A stretch of DNA of 64,000 nucleotides from an uncultured Chloroflexia bacterium. Its GTDB lineage: Bacteria > Chloroflexota > Dehalococcoidia > DSTF01 > JALHUB01. Where the stretch lies: contig OY969814.1 in NCBI GenBank assembly GCA_963703345.1, positions 1,961,130-2,025,129 of the forward strand, in the 5' to 3' direction. Positions 1-11,067 of this stretch are shown piece after piece. A program made the translations under genes and the position numbers. The notes below the pieces were generated by a model that did not search any database, was not told the origin of the DNA, and was given only the letters and a program-made list of their open reading frames with translations. Within the stretch, counting starts at the first letter, position 1; every line of letters starts with the position of its first letter.

Positions 1-876
1 CACCACGTGCTCGCCCTTCTCCTCGTCGAAGTAGCTAAGCGTCACGCCGCTCTCCTTCGAATGCTGCTGCAGGTCGAAGTCCCGCCGGTTCGCGATGCCC
101 TCCAGCTCCAGCCAGCCCATCGGGAACTGATACTCCACGTCTGAGCACGCCGCCGCGTAGTGCGCCAGGTCTTTCTGCTCGTGCGCCGTCAGACGCAGGT
201 TCTCCGGCCGCATCCCCAGGTCAACGTACCAGCGCAGCCGCTCCTCCATCCAGTACTCGTGCCAGCGCTGCGCCTCCTCCGGCCGCACGAAGAACTCGAT
301 CTCCATCTGCTCGAACTCCCGCGTCCGGAAGACGAAATGGCGCGGGTTCACCTCGTTGCGGAACGACTTCCCGATCTGCGCCATCCCGAACGGCAGCTTC
401 TTGCGGCTGCTCGTCAGCACGTTCTCGAAGTTGACGAACATCCCCTGTGCCGTCTCCGGCCGCAGATAGACGACGCTCGCCTCATCCTCCAGCGGTCCGG
501 CGAACGTCTTGAACAGCAGGTTGAACATGCGCGCCTCGGTGAACTGCCCGACGGCGCCGCAGTTCGGACACCGGTCCTCCTCGATCTCGTCCGCGCGGAA
601 GCGGGCCTGGCAGTTGCGGCAGTCGACCATCGGGTCCGCGAACGTCGCGACGTGTCCGCTTGCCACCCAGACCTGCGGGTGCATCAGGATCGCCGCGTCC
701 ATCCCCACCATGTCCTCGCGCTCCTGGACGTTCGTCCTCCACCAGGCGCGCTTGATGTTGTTCTTCATCTCCACGCCGAGCGGCCCGTAGTCCCACGCGC
801 CGGCCAGGCCGCCGTAGATCTCGCTGCTCTGGAATATGAAGCCGCGCCGCTTGCACAGCGACACGATCTCGTCCAT
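1..876 (-). CDS. glyQS: glycine--tRNA ligase (class II dimeric GlyRS), N-terminal part; the 3' end runs off the window
   Basis: Minus-strand translation begins [34 protein letters not shown]..., the canonical GlyQS N-terminus; the plus-strand ORF 160-1086 is its low-complexity antisense. Confidence 0.85.
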   Translation of the reverse strand, partial: MDEIVSLCKRRGFIFQSSEIYGGLAGAWDYGPLGVEMKNNIKRAWWRTNVQEREDMVGMDAAILMHPQVWVASGHVATFADPMVDCRNCQARFRADEIEEDRCPNCGAVGQFTEARMFNLLFKTFAGPLEDEASVVYLRPETAQGMFVNFENVLTSSRKKLPFGMAQIGKSFRNEVNPRHFVFRTREFEQMEIEFFVRPEEAQRWHEYWMEERLRWYVDLGMRPENLRLTAHEQKDLAHYAAACSDVEYQFPMGWLELEGIANRRDFDLQQHSKESGVTLSYFDEEKGEHVV

Positions 877-1072
877 ATCCACGCGATTCTCGGTTTCCGT
901 CACCTTTCGCCTCGCACTCTAGCCTGCCTGTGGGGCAACGCTTGGGGATGCTTGAAAAGTAGCAGCTACGTTCTGGGAATCGCTGTCCGTCTGGCCTTCT
1001 TAGATACGGCCAGGCGGATCGAATCCGCATCGGTTTTTCGACCAGATTCTAGCTTATTCTTGGGTCTTCGGG

Positions 1073-1282
1073 CTAATTCTGCTTGACATGCCAGACGATC
1101 AAGTGGTCGCTCTTGAACTGGGCCACAACCTGCCCTTGGAGAAGAAAGGTAAGCAGAGTCTCGTTACCTCCCAGGGTTTGGCCTTGGACCAAGAGGTTTG
1201 GTCGCTCCCAGCGCCAATCGTCCGCTTGGATTTCGTAATAGTTCCCCGCAGCTTGGTCGGTGAGGACTTCATAGGTGTTCAT
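1073..1282 (-). CDS. small hypothetical protein (69 aa, MNTYEVLTDQAAGNYYEIQADDWRWERPNLLVQGQ...)
   Basis: ORF with a strong SD (AAGGAGG) 6 nt upstream of the internal ATG at 1282; no recognisable family. Confidence 0.4.
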   Translation of the reverse strand: MNTYEVLTDQAAGNYYEIQADDWRWERPNLLVQGQTLGGNETLLTFLLQGQVVAQFKSDHLIVWHVKQN

Positions 1283-1423
1283 CGGGGCCTCCTTGCTCGG
1301 ACGGATATACTGGCCTCGATTATAGCAAACGCTAAGTCGGAGCATTGGCCCGCCCAACATTCTTCCGAAAGTAGAAGAAAGTAGGAGTTTCGACACCGAG
1401 AGTCAAAGACGGGCCAATTCTTC

Positions 1424-1452
1424 TTGACAGCCTTCTTCGGCGGTTGCTACCA
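1424..1452 (+). promoter_or_regulatory. sigma70-like promoter (TTGACA-N18-TACCAT) upstream of the ytxH-like gene
   Basis: TTGACA at 1424-1429 and TACCAT about 18 nt downstream, read directly. Confidence 0.3.
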
Positions 1453-1576
1453 TCATCTTAGGAGAACAAGCAGCACCTCGACGGAGGCGGAGATAACGCG
1501 GGCCGCGACAGCAAGGAAGTCTGTCGGCCGCGTTTCTGTTCTCGACAACACGGCATTATGCTAAGGGGGTGACGTC

Positions 1577-1753
1577 GTGAAGTTCTTCATCGGTTTCCTG
1601 CTCGGCCTGACAGTCGGCGCCTCGATCGGTCTTGCTTTCGCGCCCGAACCCGGCGCACGGACGCGCGCGAAGGTAATGGACCGAATGAGGGAGAAGACCC
1701 AGGGCTCTCCCATGGAAGAGGCCATGGACGAGATGAGGGAGCAGTACCAGTAG
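1577..1753 (+). CDS. YtxH/DUF948-like small membrane-associated protein (GTG start, 58 aa)
   Basis: VKFFIGFLLGLTVGASIGLAFAPEPGARTRAKVMDRMREKTQ... matches the YtxH pattern GxLxGxxxGAxxGLLFAPxxG; SD aagggggtga upstream; absent from the ORF track because it starts with GTG. Confidence 0.55.
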   Translation: MKFFIGFLLGLTVGASIGLAFAPEPGARTRAKVMDRMREKTQGSPMEEAMDEMREQYQ

Positions 1754-1783
1754 CCCCCTCCGCCCTGCTAGGAAGGCAGGACC

Positions 1784-2128
1784 TTGGCCGAAGACCAGCT
1801 CAAGCTGGTGGTCATCATCGCTTCTGATGTCGACGGGGACCGGCTGATCAAACGGCTGGTCCAACGAGGCCACCCCGCGACCAAGATCGGCGGCCTCGGC
1901 GGCTTCCTCCGGCGTGGGAACGCGACGATACTATCCGGTGTGCCGGCCGCCGACGTCGAATCGGTGATCGAAATCGTCCGCGAAGAGTGCCATGCCCGCC
2001 AGGAGTTTGTCCCCGTGCAGACGCTGCCTTTTCTCGGCGAGGGCGTCTCTTTCGCCGACCCGCTGGAAGTGCGCGTCGGGGGGGCTGTCGTTTTCGTCCT
2101 GGCGGTGGAACGGTTCGAGAAGACCTAG
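1784..2128 (+). CDS. darA: cyclic-di-AMP receptor DarA/PstA (PII-like, YaaQ/DUF970)
   Basis: LKLVVIIASDVDGDRLIKRLVQRGHPATKIGGLGGFLRRGNATILSGV...VGGAVVFVLAVERFE aligns along its length with B. subtilis DarA (MKLIVAIVQDQDSNRLL...TGGFLRSGNTTFLIGV...GGATVFVLPVERFEQF); TTG start. Confidence 0.85.
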   Translation: MAEDQLKLVVIIASDVDGDRLIKRLVQRGHPATKIGGLGGFLRRGNATILSGVPAADVESVIEIVREECHARQEFVPVQTLPFLGEGVSFADPLEVRVGGAVVFVLAVERFEKT

Positions 2129-2191
2129 CTTGACACGGCGCAGGGGCGCGGCTTTGTAGCCGACTCGCCACGGGATGGAGACATCGACTGC

Positions 2192-3457
2192 TCAGTGCAG
2201 GGAACGGAACTCGTTCACGAGGTGCGCGTCGAGCTGTGTTCCTGCTGCCCCCGTCATCACCTTCAGAGCGTCCTTCTCGCCGAGCGCCCGCCGGTACGGC
2301 CGGTCAGACGTCAGCGCCACGTACACGTTGGCGACGGCAATGATGCGCGATTCCAGCGGAATGAGGTCGGTCGCGAGCATCTCCGGATAGCCTTTGCCGT
2401 CCGGCCGCTCGTGATGGCCGCCCACCCATTGCGCCGCCTCCTCCATCCCCGACAGGTTCTCCAGGATCAGCCGCGAGTAGCTCGGGTGACGCTGCATGAG
2501 CTGCATCTCCGTCAGCGTCAGGATGTCAGGCTTGCCCATGATGCGCGCCGGCACCGACAGTTGACCGATGTCGTGCAGCAGCGCCGCCAGCCGAATCACC
2601 TGCACGTGCTCCGGCGAAAGTCCGATCGCCTCTGCGAGCTGCCCGGCTATCTCCGAAACGCGCGCCGATTTGGCTTGTGTGAAGCGGCTCTTGGAGTCGA
2701 TGACTTCCGCCAGCCCTTTCGCCAGGCTCATGACCGCTTTCCAGCTCCACTTTCCGTTCTCCTGGCGCTTCGCGCCCAGCAGGGAGCGAGAGAGCTCCTT
2801 GCCGAACAGCCCCAGCCAGAAGTCGTCACTGCGCGAGAGGACCTTCACTTGCTCCACAAGCATTGGGTCGAGCACCATCTCGGAGACGTCTTCCAGCTCG
2901 GCGACTAGATTTCGTCGCGCCACGAGCGAGTTCTGCTCCTCGGCGATCACCGACTCCGCCCAGTCAGCGGTCGCAAGCACTCTCGAAAGAAGCGGGATGT
3001 CGTGCGCCGCGAGTCCCTCCGGATAGCCGCTGCCGTCCCAATTCTCGTGGCCGGAAGCGATCGTCTCGCCGACCGGCGTCGACAGGCCGAGGGCGATCGC
3101 CTTGGCGCCTCCAAGTGACGCGTGCCGGTGGAAAGCGCCGATTATCGCGTCCGGAACAGGAGCCCGGCAGTCGGCGGCGAGCTCCTCCGGCGACTTGCGC
3201 GGTGAGGCGGCAAAGAGCGCGTTCTCGTTGACGCCGATGATGTCGGAAAGCTCCGCCGAGACGACCGGAACGCCCAGGTCGTGAAGCAGGCTGGCATAGT
3301 AGAGGGTAGTCTCGCCAGTATCGGGCAGTTCCAGCGATTGCACCAGCCGGCCAGCGATGTAGCACACACGGCTGGCGTGCCCTATCACCCGGCCCTCAGC
3401 GAGGTCCAGCCCCTCGCTGAATCCCGATATCAGCTCCGCTTTGCTTAGAAGCGGCAG
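2192..3457 (-). CDS. tandem HD-GYP domain phosphodiesterase (two HD-GYP modules); N-terminal start uncertain, somewhere in 3457-3612
   Basis: Two copies of the HD...HHERxDGxGYP signature (HDLGVPVV...GSGYPEGL and HDIGQLSV...HHERPDGKGYPE). The first ~100 residues of the 525-aa ORF are antisense of the MBL gene start/intergenic region and not protein-like; no ATG/GTG/TTG lies near the first domain. Confidence 0.75.
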   Translation of the reverse strand: MPLLSKAELISGFSEGLDLAEGRVIGHASRVCYIAGRLVQSLELPDTGETTLYYASLLHDLGVPVVSAELSDIIGVNENALFAASPRKSPEELAADCRAPVPDAIIGAFHRHASLGGAKAIALGLSTPVGETIASGHENWDGSGYPEGLAAHDIPLLSRVLATADWAESVIAEEQNSLVARRNLVAELEDVSEMVLDPMLVEQVKVLSRSDDFWLGLFGKELSRSLLGAKRQENGKWSWKAVMSLAKGLAEVIDSKSRFTQAKSARVSEIAGQLAEAIGLSPEHVQVIRLAALLHDIGQLSVPARIMGKPDILTLTEMQLMQRHPSYSRLILENLSGMEEAAQWVGGHHERPDGKGYPEMLATDLIPLESRIIAVANVYVALTSDRPYRRALGEKDALKVMTGAAGTQLDAHLVNEFRSLH

Positions 3458-3740
3458 CTGTCCAGGTTCAAAAGCTCCTTCTTGTATGTCCGGGGATCCG
3501 TAAAGCTGTGCCGGGGAGACTCCCTCCTCACCCGCTATGGGTGATCTGTTTCGCGTCAATGTAGACCTCGATGGGTATGTGAAAGAGGAGAAACCGCAGC
3601 CTCTCCCAAGTTGTAATTGTCCCAATCTGAATATCGGCAGACGGCGCGAACAGCGCAGACCAGGGAGTATGTTGAAAGACGCCAAAATCCAACTTGCGCC
3701 GACTTCAGCCCCCGTAGACAATGGCCGAGAGGGAGGCCTC

Positions 3741-4397
3741 ATGATCGTCGAAGCGCTCGTCGTCGGCATGTTTCAGAGCAACTGCTACATCGTCGGCAGC
3801 GAAGAGACCCAGGAAGCGATAATTGTCGACCCGGGCGACGAAGGCCGGCGCATCCTGAAGGCGCTGGAACGGCGAGGCCTCGAAGCGAAGCTCATCGTCG
3901 TCACGCACACGCACATCGACCACGTCGCGGCGCTGGAGGAAGTCAGGGAGGCAACCGGCGCTTCCGTCGCCATGCACCGCGAAGCGTTCGACTCCGCGCA
4001 GCGGGACGCGCCTCTCCTGCGCATGATGCTGGGCAGCGAGCCACGTCCTCTGAGCCCGCCGGACCTCTTCCTGGAGGACGGCGACAAGGTGAAGATAGGC
4101 GATCTGGAGTTCGAAACGTTATTCTGCCCCGGTCACGCCTATGGCCACGTCTGCCTCTACGGGCAGGGAATCGTGCTGACCGGTGATGCTCTCTTCGCCG
4201 GCGGAATCGGGCGCTTTGACCTGCCGGGCGGCGACGGCAGGCTTCTGCTGCGGAGCATCCGCGAGAAGCTCCTCACCTTGCCGGACGAGACGGTCGTTCT
4301 CCCCGGCCACGGCCCGTCGAGTACGATAGGCGAAGAGAAGGCGACCAACCCCTTCTTGCTCTATCCACGCATGTACATGGGCTTCGATCCCGACTAG
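3741..4397 (+). CDS. MBL-fold metallo-hydrolase (glyoxalase II-like)
   Basis: HTHIDH motif and CPGHAYGH; SD gagagggagg before the ATG at 3741. Confidence 0.85.
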   Translation: MIVEALVVGMFQSNCYIVGSEETQEAIIVDPGDEGRRILKALERRGLEAKLIVVTHTHIDHVAALEEVREATGASVAMHREAFDSAQRDAPLLRMMLGSEPRPLSPPDLFLEDGDKVKIGDLEFETLFCPGHAYGHVCLYGQGIVLTGDALFAGGIGRFDLPGGDGRLLLRSIREKLLTLPDETVVLPGHGPSSTIGEEKATNPFLLYPRMYMGFDPD

Positions 4398-4415
4398 GCG
4401 CTGAGCGGGACAAGA

Positions 4416-4452
4416 AGGAAGGCCGGAACGAATCCGGCCTTCCTCGTTCTCT
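4416..4452. terminator. bidirectional stem-loop between the convergent MBL and hppA genes
   Basis: GAAGGAAGGCCGG-aacgaat-CCGGCCTTCCTC, 11-bp GC-rich stem, followed by gttctctcg. Confidence 0.5.
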
Positions 4453-4463
4453 CGTGCCTCTGA

Positions 4464-6716
<2,253 letters not shown>

Positions 6717-6902
6717 GAGTCTGCTCCTTCGCTCTCGAATTGTCGCCCGGTAGGGAGTCGCTCAGCGGTTTGGAGGCTTCCCTCCGACCATGCGAAGTCT
6801 AGCAAAGGGTTCTTTCAATAAGCAACCGAGGATGGCCGTTTCTTGCAACGGATTTCACAAGAGAGTAAGCTCGGGCCCGACGGGGCGCAAACGTAGACTA
6901 GG

Positions 6903-7646
6903 ATGGCCAGAGTGGCAAACGTGCTCGTCATCAGCGCCGACCTGCCGACGCGAGACCTGTTGCGCGCCTGCTTGGTTGAGGATGGGCACCTCGTTGGCGC
7001 CTGCCACGAGCCGGCGGCCGCGCCGCGTCTCTTCGCCACGCTCGCCTTCGACGTACTTTGCCTCGACGTCCATGTCGCAGAAAACAACGTCGACGATCTT
7101 CTGCGCTGGCTGCGGGCAGACGGCGATCATTCGGAGATCCCGGTCCTCTTCGTGCTGCCGCCGAGCCGTCGCTGGTTGCCTGCCGCAATCTCAGCGCAGA
7201 TCCGGCCGGACTTGGACGACAGCCTGACGATGCCGCTGGACGCCGGCCGTCTCAGGGAGAAGGTCCAGCGCCTTCTTTTGCGCCGGCCATCGGCCGCTCA
7301 GCCGCGCGTCCTTCGCCTGCCGCCGCTCGTCCTCGACCGCGACACGCACGATCTCGCATCCGGCGGGAAGGTAGTTAACCTTACACCGACCGAGCACCGT
7401 CTACTTTTATATCTAATGGAGCGGCCGGGAGAGGTCGTGGCGGGCGATGAGCTCTTGGAGACAGTGTGGGGCTTTCATCCCGGCACCGGCTCGGCGTCTG
7501 TCGTCCGAGTGCACGTCGGTAACCTGCGGCGGAAGATGACGAGTCTTGGCCAGGGCCGGCTTCTGGAGACACTCCCGCACCGAGGATATCGTCTGCGTGC
7601 GGAGGACACCAAAAGGTCGGTCCCGGGGGAGACGGCTGACGAATAG
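6903..7646 (+). CDS. OmpR-family winged-helix response regulator with an atypical/degenerate receiver domain
   Basis: C-terminal trans_reg_C (LTPTEHRLLLYLMERPGEVVAGDELLETVWG...RVHVGNLRRKM...GYRL); the receiver lacks the N-terminal acidic pair; no cognate kinase nearby. Confidence 0.7.
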   Translation: MARVANVLVISADLPTRDLLRACLVEDGHLVGACHEPAAAPRLFATLAFDVLCLDVHVAENNVDDLLRWLRADGDHSEIPVLFVLPPSRRWLPAAISAQIRPDLDDSLTMPLDAGRLREKVQRLLLRRPSAAQPRVLRLPPLVLDRDTHDLASGGKVVNLTPTEHRLLLYLMERPGEVVAGDELLETVWGFHPGTGSASVVRVHVGNLRRKMTSLGQGRLLETLPHRGYRLRAEDTKRSVPGETADE

Positions 7647-7655
7647 ACGGCCGTG

Positions 7656-8033
7656 TTAGCCGGCCGCGGCCATTTGGAGTGCTCGTCGCATTGGCGGAAG
7701 CGAGAGCCGCTCAGCGGCAATCTCGCTCAGGTCTTCCGATTGGCGTTCCAGCCACTTTCGCAAGTCGTTCTCGATAATGACTCGTCGGAGTTGGTGCGCC
7801 CGCCACCGCTTCTCTTCGTCCGGCATCGTGAGGGCATGCCACAGTGCCCCCGCGGTACCTTCGATGTCCCTCGGAGCCACGGAGAGGGCTCCTTCCGCCA
7901 GCTCCCGCTGCGAGCCCACTTCTGTCGAGAGGACGACGACGCCGTCGCGGCGGTTGACCAGCGGCCCTTCCTTCGACACCAGGTTCATGCCGTCCGCCAG
8001 CGAATTGACGAGCAGGACGTCGTAGAGGCTCAT
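7656..8033 (-). pseudogene. otsA: trehalose-6-phosphate synthase C-terminal 125-aa segment in the +1 frame (DGMNLVSKEG active-site motif); either otsA is a pseudogene or there is an assembly frameshift
   Basis: ...NNYAQALAE* followed in the +1 frame by MSLYDVLLVNSLADGMNLVSKEG, which continues the E. coli OtsA alignment (…RDGMNLVAKEY…) without a gap; the junction sequence is GAATGAGC. Confidence 0.8.
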
Positions 8034-9310
8034 TCGGCCAGCGCCTGCGCGTAGTTGTTCTCAGCGAACGCCTCGATTGGTTCCCAGTCGCCCTGCCTGA
8101 AGCGCACGTTGATGTCGGATATCCGCTTCCACACGCGGTCGGCGTGACTGCGGAACTCGGCTACGCAGCCGCGCGACGGCACAAGGAAGGCGAGCAGCTT
8201 GACCTGCCCTTTCAGCTCTGGATGGCGCCGGAGCAGTAACTCGAACGCATCGAGACCGCCGAGAATGTTCTTGCTCGGATCCAGGCGGTCCACCCGGACA
8301 ATCGTCTGCCTGGCGACCTGCTGGGAGAGCTGCTTTCGATAGCGGGCGAAGTCGAGTGAGAGCATCTGGCAGCGCAGTCGCTGGGGGTCGACCGATACTG
8401 GATACGCCCGCACGCGCGTGAGTCTGCCGCCTCGCGTGATGGCGCCACCTGACCCGGAAGCGATCACGCCTGGGAGAAAGCGCCGGCACGTCTCGACGAA
8501 ATTCTCCGCCGAGACGTCCGTTTGGAACCCCACGACGTCCGCGCTCAGCAGACTGTCGCAGATGGCCGAGACGATGTCGTAAGGCAGCCTCTCCCAATCC
8601 TCAGGCTTCGGCCAGGGGATGTGGAGGAAATGTTGGAGAATGGCGTCCGGCGCTACCTCGCGCACGTACCCCGGGCACATGTAGAGGTGGTAGTCCTGGA
8701 TCATCACGTAGCACGGCGTCGTCCCGCTCTTTAGCTCCTCCGCCACGCATTTCGCGAAAGCGCGGTTCACCGGCAGATACCCCTCTTCCCAGCTTCGCCG
8801 AATTCGCCCTTCCAGGTCGTGTGTTCGCAGGCTGTCCCAAAGGCCGTGCTGCAGGAACCAGAGGATGGGGTTGCTGAAGACGCCGTAGTGCTGGTGGTAG
8901 GCTTGCCGCGGCAGAACGACGAAGCGCTGATCGCACCGCTGACCGTCGACCTCCACTTGAGACCGCCCTTTGCCGGCCATCCGCCGGTCGCCGTCCGTCA
9001 TGGCGCTGGCAATCCAGACGAAGTCGCCCAGCGGCATCAGCGACGTGAGGGCCGTAGCCACGCCGCCGTTGCCGCCGCAGGCGCGGAGGGCCCCCGACTT
9101 GTCGAAGTTGTATTCCAGCGGGCCGCGATTGCTGGCTAGGATGATGCGATTCGGGTGGCTTGCGGTCGCGAAGGCATCCTTGCCCGCCGCTGTGTCGTCC
9201 AGTTCAGGGCGAATGCTAGTGACTCCCTTCCAGTCGAAACCTCGGCAGCGCTCACGTCCCTGCGACCGCATTGCTGTCAGGCGCATTCTGCTCGCCCGAT
9301 TCGCAGGCAA
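8030..9310 (-). CDS. otsA: trehalose-6-phosphate synthase (GT20), N-terminal 426-aa segment, interrupted
   Basis: ILASNRGPLEY..., VVLPRQAYHQHYGVFSNPILWFLQHGLW, IQDYHLYMCPGYVRE, RVDRLDPSKNILGG are all GT20 OtsA motifs; the reading frame stops at 8030. Confidence 0.85.
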   Translation of the reverse strand: MPANRASRMRLTAMRSQGRERCRGFDWKGVTSIRPELDDTAAGKDAFATASHPNRIILASNRGPLEYNFDKSGALRACGGNGGVATALTSLMPLGDFVWIASAMTDGDRRMAGKGRSQVEVDGQRCDQRFVVLPRQAYHQHYGVFSNPILWFLQHGLWDSLRTHDLEGRIRRSWEEGYLPVNRAFAKCVAEELKSGTTPCYVMIQDYHLYMCPGYVREVAPDAILQHFLHIPWPKPEDWERLPYDIVSAICDSLLSADVVGFQTDVSAENFVETCRRFLPGVIASGSGGAITRGGRLTRVRAYPVSVDPQRLRCQMLSLDFARYRKQLSQQVARQTIVRVDRLDPSKNILGGLDAFELLLRRHPELKGQVKLLAFLVPSRGCVAEFRSHADRVWKRISDINVRFRQGDWEPIEAFAENNYAQALAE

Positions 9311-9454
9311 GATTGCCTGTCGTCCGAGTCTCTGCTGAAAGCCAGAGAATAGGGGTGAACTGGCACCAGCGCCCTCGGGCCACCGATACCCATTTTATTA
9401 TCGGCAGACCGAGGCGATTCTTTAGGGTTTCAACCTCTGTCTTTCGGCAGATTT

Positions 9455-10261
9455 CTAATCGGCCGAACGCAAGAGGACGGCCAATCGCGTGAGGAAAACG
9501 GCGACTTCGCTCGGCCCGGCGAGCATGACATCGGAAGCCTTCGCCAGATCGCTGGGAGCCTCATCGCCGCCAACGCCGATGATCAGGCTTGCCGGGTCCG
9601 GTCGGAGCGCCCGTAGCGCTGTCATCGCATCTATGTCCGTGCGGTCGTCGCCGAGGAAGACGACACTCTCGATGCCGCGCTCCTCCACGAGCGATCCGAC
9701 AACGCTTCCCTTGTCCAGCGGCAGCTTCGGCCGGACCTCGACGACCATCTTGCCTTCGCTCAAGGCGTATCGGCCGGACGCCGCGATTCGATTCAGCGCT
9801 TCGATGATTCTCTTTCGGGCCGTCTCGGGCTCCGGCGCGTTTCGGTAGTGCACGGACAGTATAGTTCCCTTGTCCTCGATGCGCGCGCCTTCGATTTCGC
9901 CGGTGTCCTGCTCCAGCCGCGCGCGCAACTCCCGCGTCTCGTCTGCGAAGGCCGCGGCCTCGTTGCGGTAGCCGTTCTGTTGGTCCCAGCGCTCTTGGCC
10001 GTGGTTGCCCACATACAGCAGCTCGTCCAGCCCGACCATGCGACGAGCGTCTCCCACGGTCCGTCCCGATATGACTGCAACGAGGTCTAGCAGGCGCGAA
10101 AGTCGGCGCAGCGCCTCGCGACTCTCAGGGAACACGATCGCCGCTTCCGGGGAGGATACGATGGGGCTGAGCGTGCCGTCGACGTCGGTGATCAGCGCCG
10201 CCGGACGCGCGTGCAGCAGCCGGGCCGCGACAGCGGCGGTCTTGTCGGGCATGCTCTTCAT
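9455..10261 (-). CDS. otsB: trehalose-6-phosphate phosphatase (HAD superfamily)
   Basis: DVDGTL motif I and GDDRTD motif IV; sits upstream of otsA in the typical otsBA arrangement. Confidence 0.85.
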   Translation of the reverse strand: MKSMPDKTAAVAARLLHARPAALITDVDGTLSPIVSSPEAAIVFPESREALRRLSRLLDLVAVISGRTVGDARRMVGLDELLYVGNHGQERWDQQNGYRNEAAAFADETRELRARLEQDTGEIEGARIEDKGTILSVHYRNAPEPETARKRIIEALNRIAASGRYALSEGKMVVEVRPKLPLDKGSVVGSLVEERGIESVVFLGDDRTDIDAMTALRALRPDPASLIIGVGGDEAPSDLAKASDVMLAGPSEVAVFLTRLAVLLRSAD

Positions 10262-10317
10262 GGCCCTATCATTATCAGTCGCAGCTTCCGGCTGTCAATG
10301 AGCCTTCGGCGGCTGGC

Positions 10318-10346
10318 CTGTCAGTCCGTAATCCATGTTGTATAAT
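10318..10346 (+). promoter_or_regulatory. putative tRNA promoter (ctgtca-N17-TATAAT)
   Basis: TATAAT at 10341-10346, 11 nt before the tRNA 5' end; a TTGACA-like ctgtca lies 17 nt upstream. Confidence 0.4.
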
Positions 10347-10357
10347 TGCCGCTGGAA

Positions 10358-10432
10358 GGGCCCGTAGCTCAGCGGCAGAGCGGCCGGCTCATAACCGGTT
10401 GGTCGCAGGTTCGATCCCTGCCGGGCCCACCA
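10358..10432 (+). tRNA. tRNA-Met (anticodon CAT; G1:C72, so an elongator or Ile2-lysidine type rather than initiator)
   Basis: Hand-folded cloverleaf: acceptor GGGCCCG/CGGGCCC, D arm GCTC-AGCGGCA-GAGC, anticodon stem GCCGG/CCGGT with loop CTCATAA, T arm GCAGG-TTCGATC-CCTGC, discriminator A, encoded CCA. Confidence 0.9.
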
Positions 10433-10474
10433 GGAGCAAACCAAGTCCGCTTCTTCTGGCCCTTCCAACAGCTC

Positions 10475-11065
10475 ATGATCTCGTCCACTTCCTACCTTGA
10501 TCTGGTGCGACGGGTCGTCGCCGCATACGAGCCGCAACGTATCGCGCCGGCGGGCCGGCCGCCGGCTGGCGTGCTCCTCCTCTTGTACGATGCCGCGGGC
10601 AAAACGCATCTGCTCTTCACCAAGCGTACCGAGCTCGTCGAGCACCATAAGGGCGAGATCTGCTTCCCGGGCGGCTCACAAGAAGCGGGCGATGACGACC
10701 TGTACTACACGGCGTTGCGGGAGACGTTCGAGGAGATAGGCATTCTTCCCGAAGACGTCGAGCGCGTCGGCCGGCTCGACGATATCGTGTCGCGCGGCAG
10801 CAACTTCGTCGTGTCGCCGTTCGTCGGCTTCCTGAAAACGGCCGAGCCCTATCACTACCGGCACGCCGACCACGAGGTGGACGAGATCCTAGAGGTGCCG
10901 CTGGCGCATTTACTCGAGCCAGCGAACAGCGGCCAGGAGATGCGCAACCTCGACGGGCAGGATATCGAGATCGTCTTCTACCGCTTCGGCCGGCACGTCA
11001 TCTGGGGCGCCACAGCCCGAATGCTAAGTCAACTCCTGGGCCTGTTGACCGCGGCCAGCGAATAA
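10475..11065 (+). CDS. NUDIX hydrolase, CoA pyrophosphatase (NudL-like)
   Basis: ICFPGGSQEAGDDDLYYTALRETFEEIGI is a Nudix box of the CoA-pyrophosphatase type; the start was moved to the ATG after the tRNA. Confidence 0.8.
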   Translation: MISSTSYLDLVRRVVAAYEPQRIAPAGRPPAGVLLLLYDAAGKTHLLFTKRTELVEHHKGEICFPGGSQEAGDDDLYYTALRETFEEIGILPEDVERVGRLDDIVSRGSNFVVSPFVGFLKTAEPYHYRHADHEVDEILEVPLAHLLEPANSGQEMRNLDGQDIEIVFYRFGRHVIWGATARMLSQLLGLLTAASE

Positions 11066-11067
11066 CA

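Noticed and set aside
160-1086. 308-aa plus-strand ORF
   Set aside because: It is low-complexity R/L/P-rich antisense of the glyQS coding sequence, and the minus strand gives a perfect GlyRS N-terminus.
877-1090. Possible T-box leader upstream of glyQS
   Set aside because: Several hairpins are present (CTGGCCGTATCTAAGAAGGCCAG and GCGGATTCGATCCGC), but the conserved T-box sequence (AAUUAGGGUGGNACCGCG) and a clear specifier loop could not be found by eye. This needs an Rfam scan (RF00230); a hit would overturn the rejection.
2192-3769. Full 525-aa extent of the HD-GYP ORF
   Set aside because: The first ~100 residues are antisense of the MBL gene start and intergenic region and look non-proteinaceous, so the true start is internal.
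10295-10648. 117-aa minus-strand ORF overlapping tRNA-Met
   Set aside because: It is antisense to a well-folded tRNA and to the NUDIX gene.
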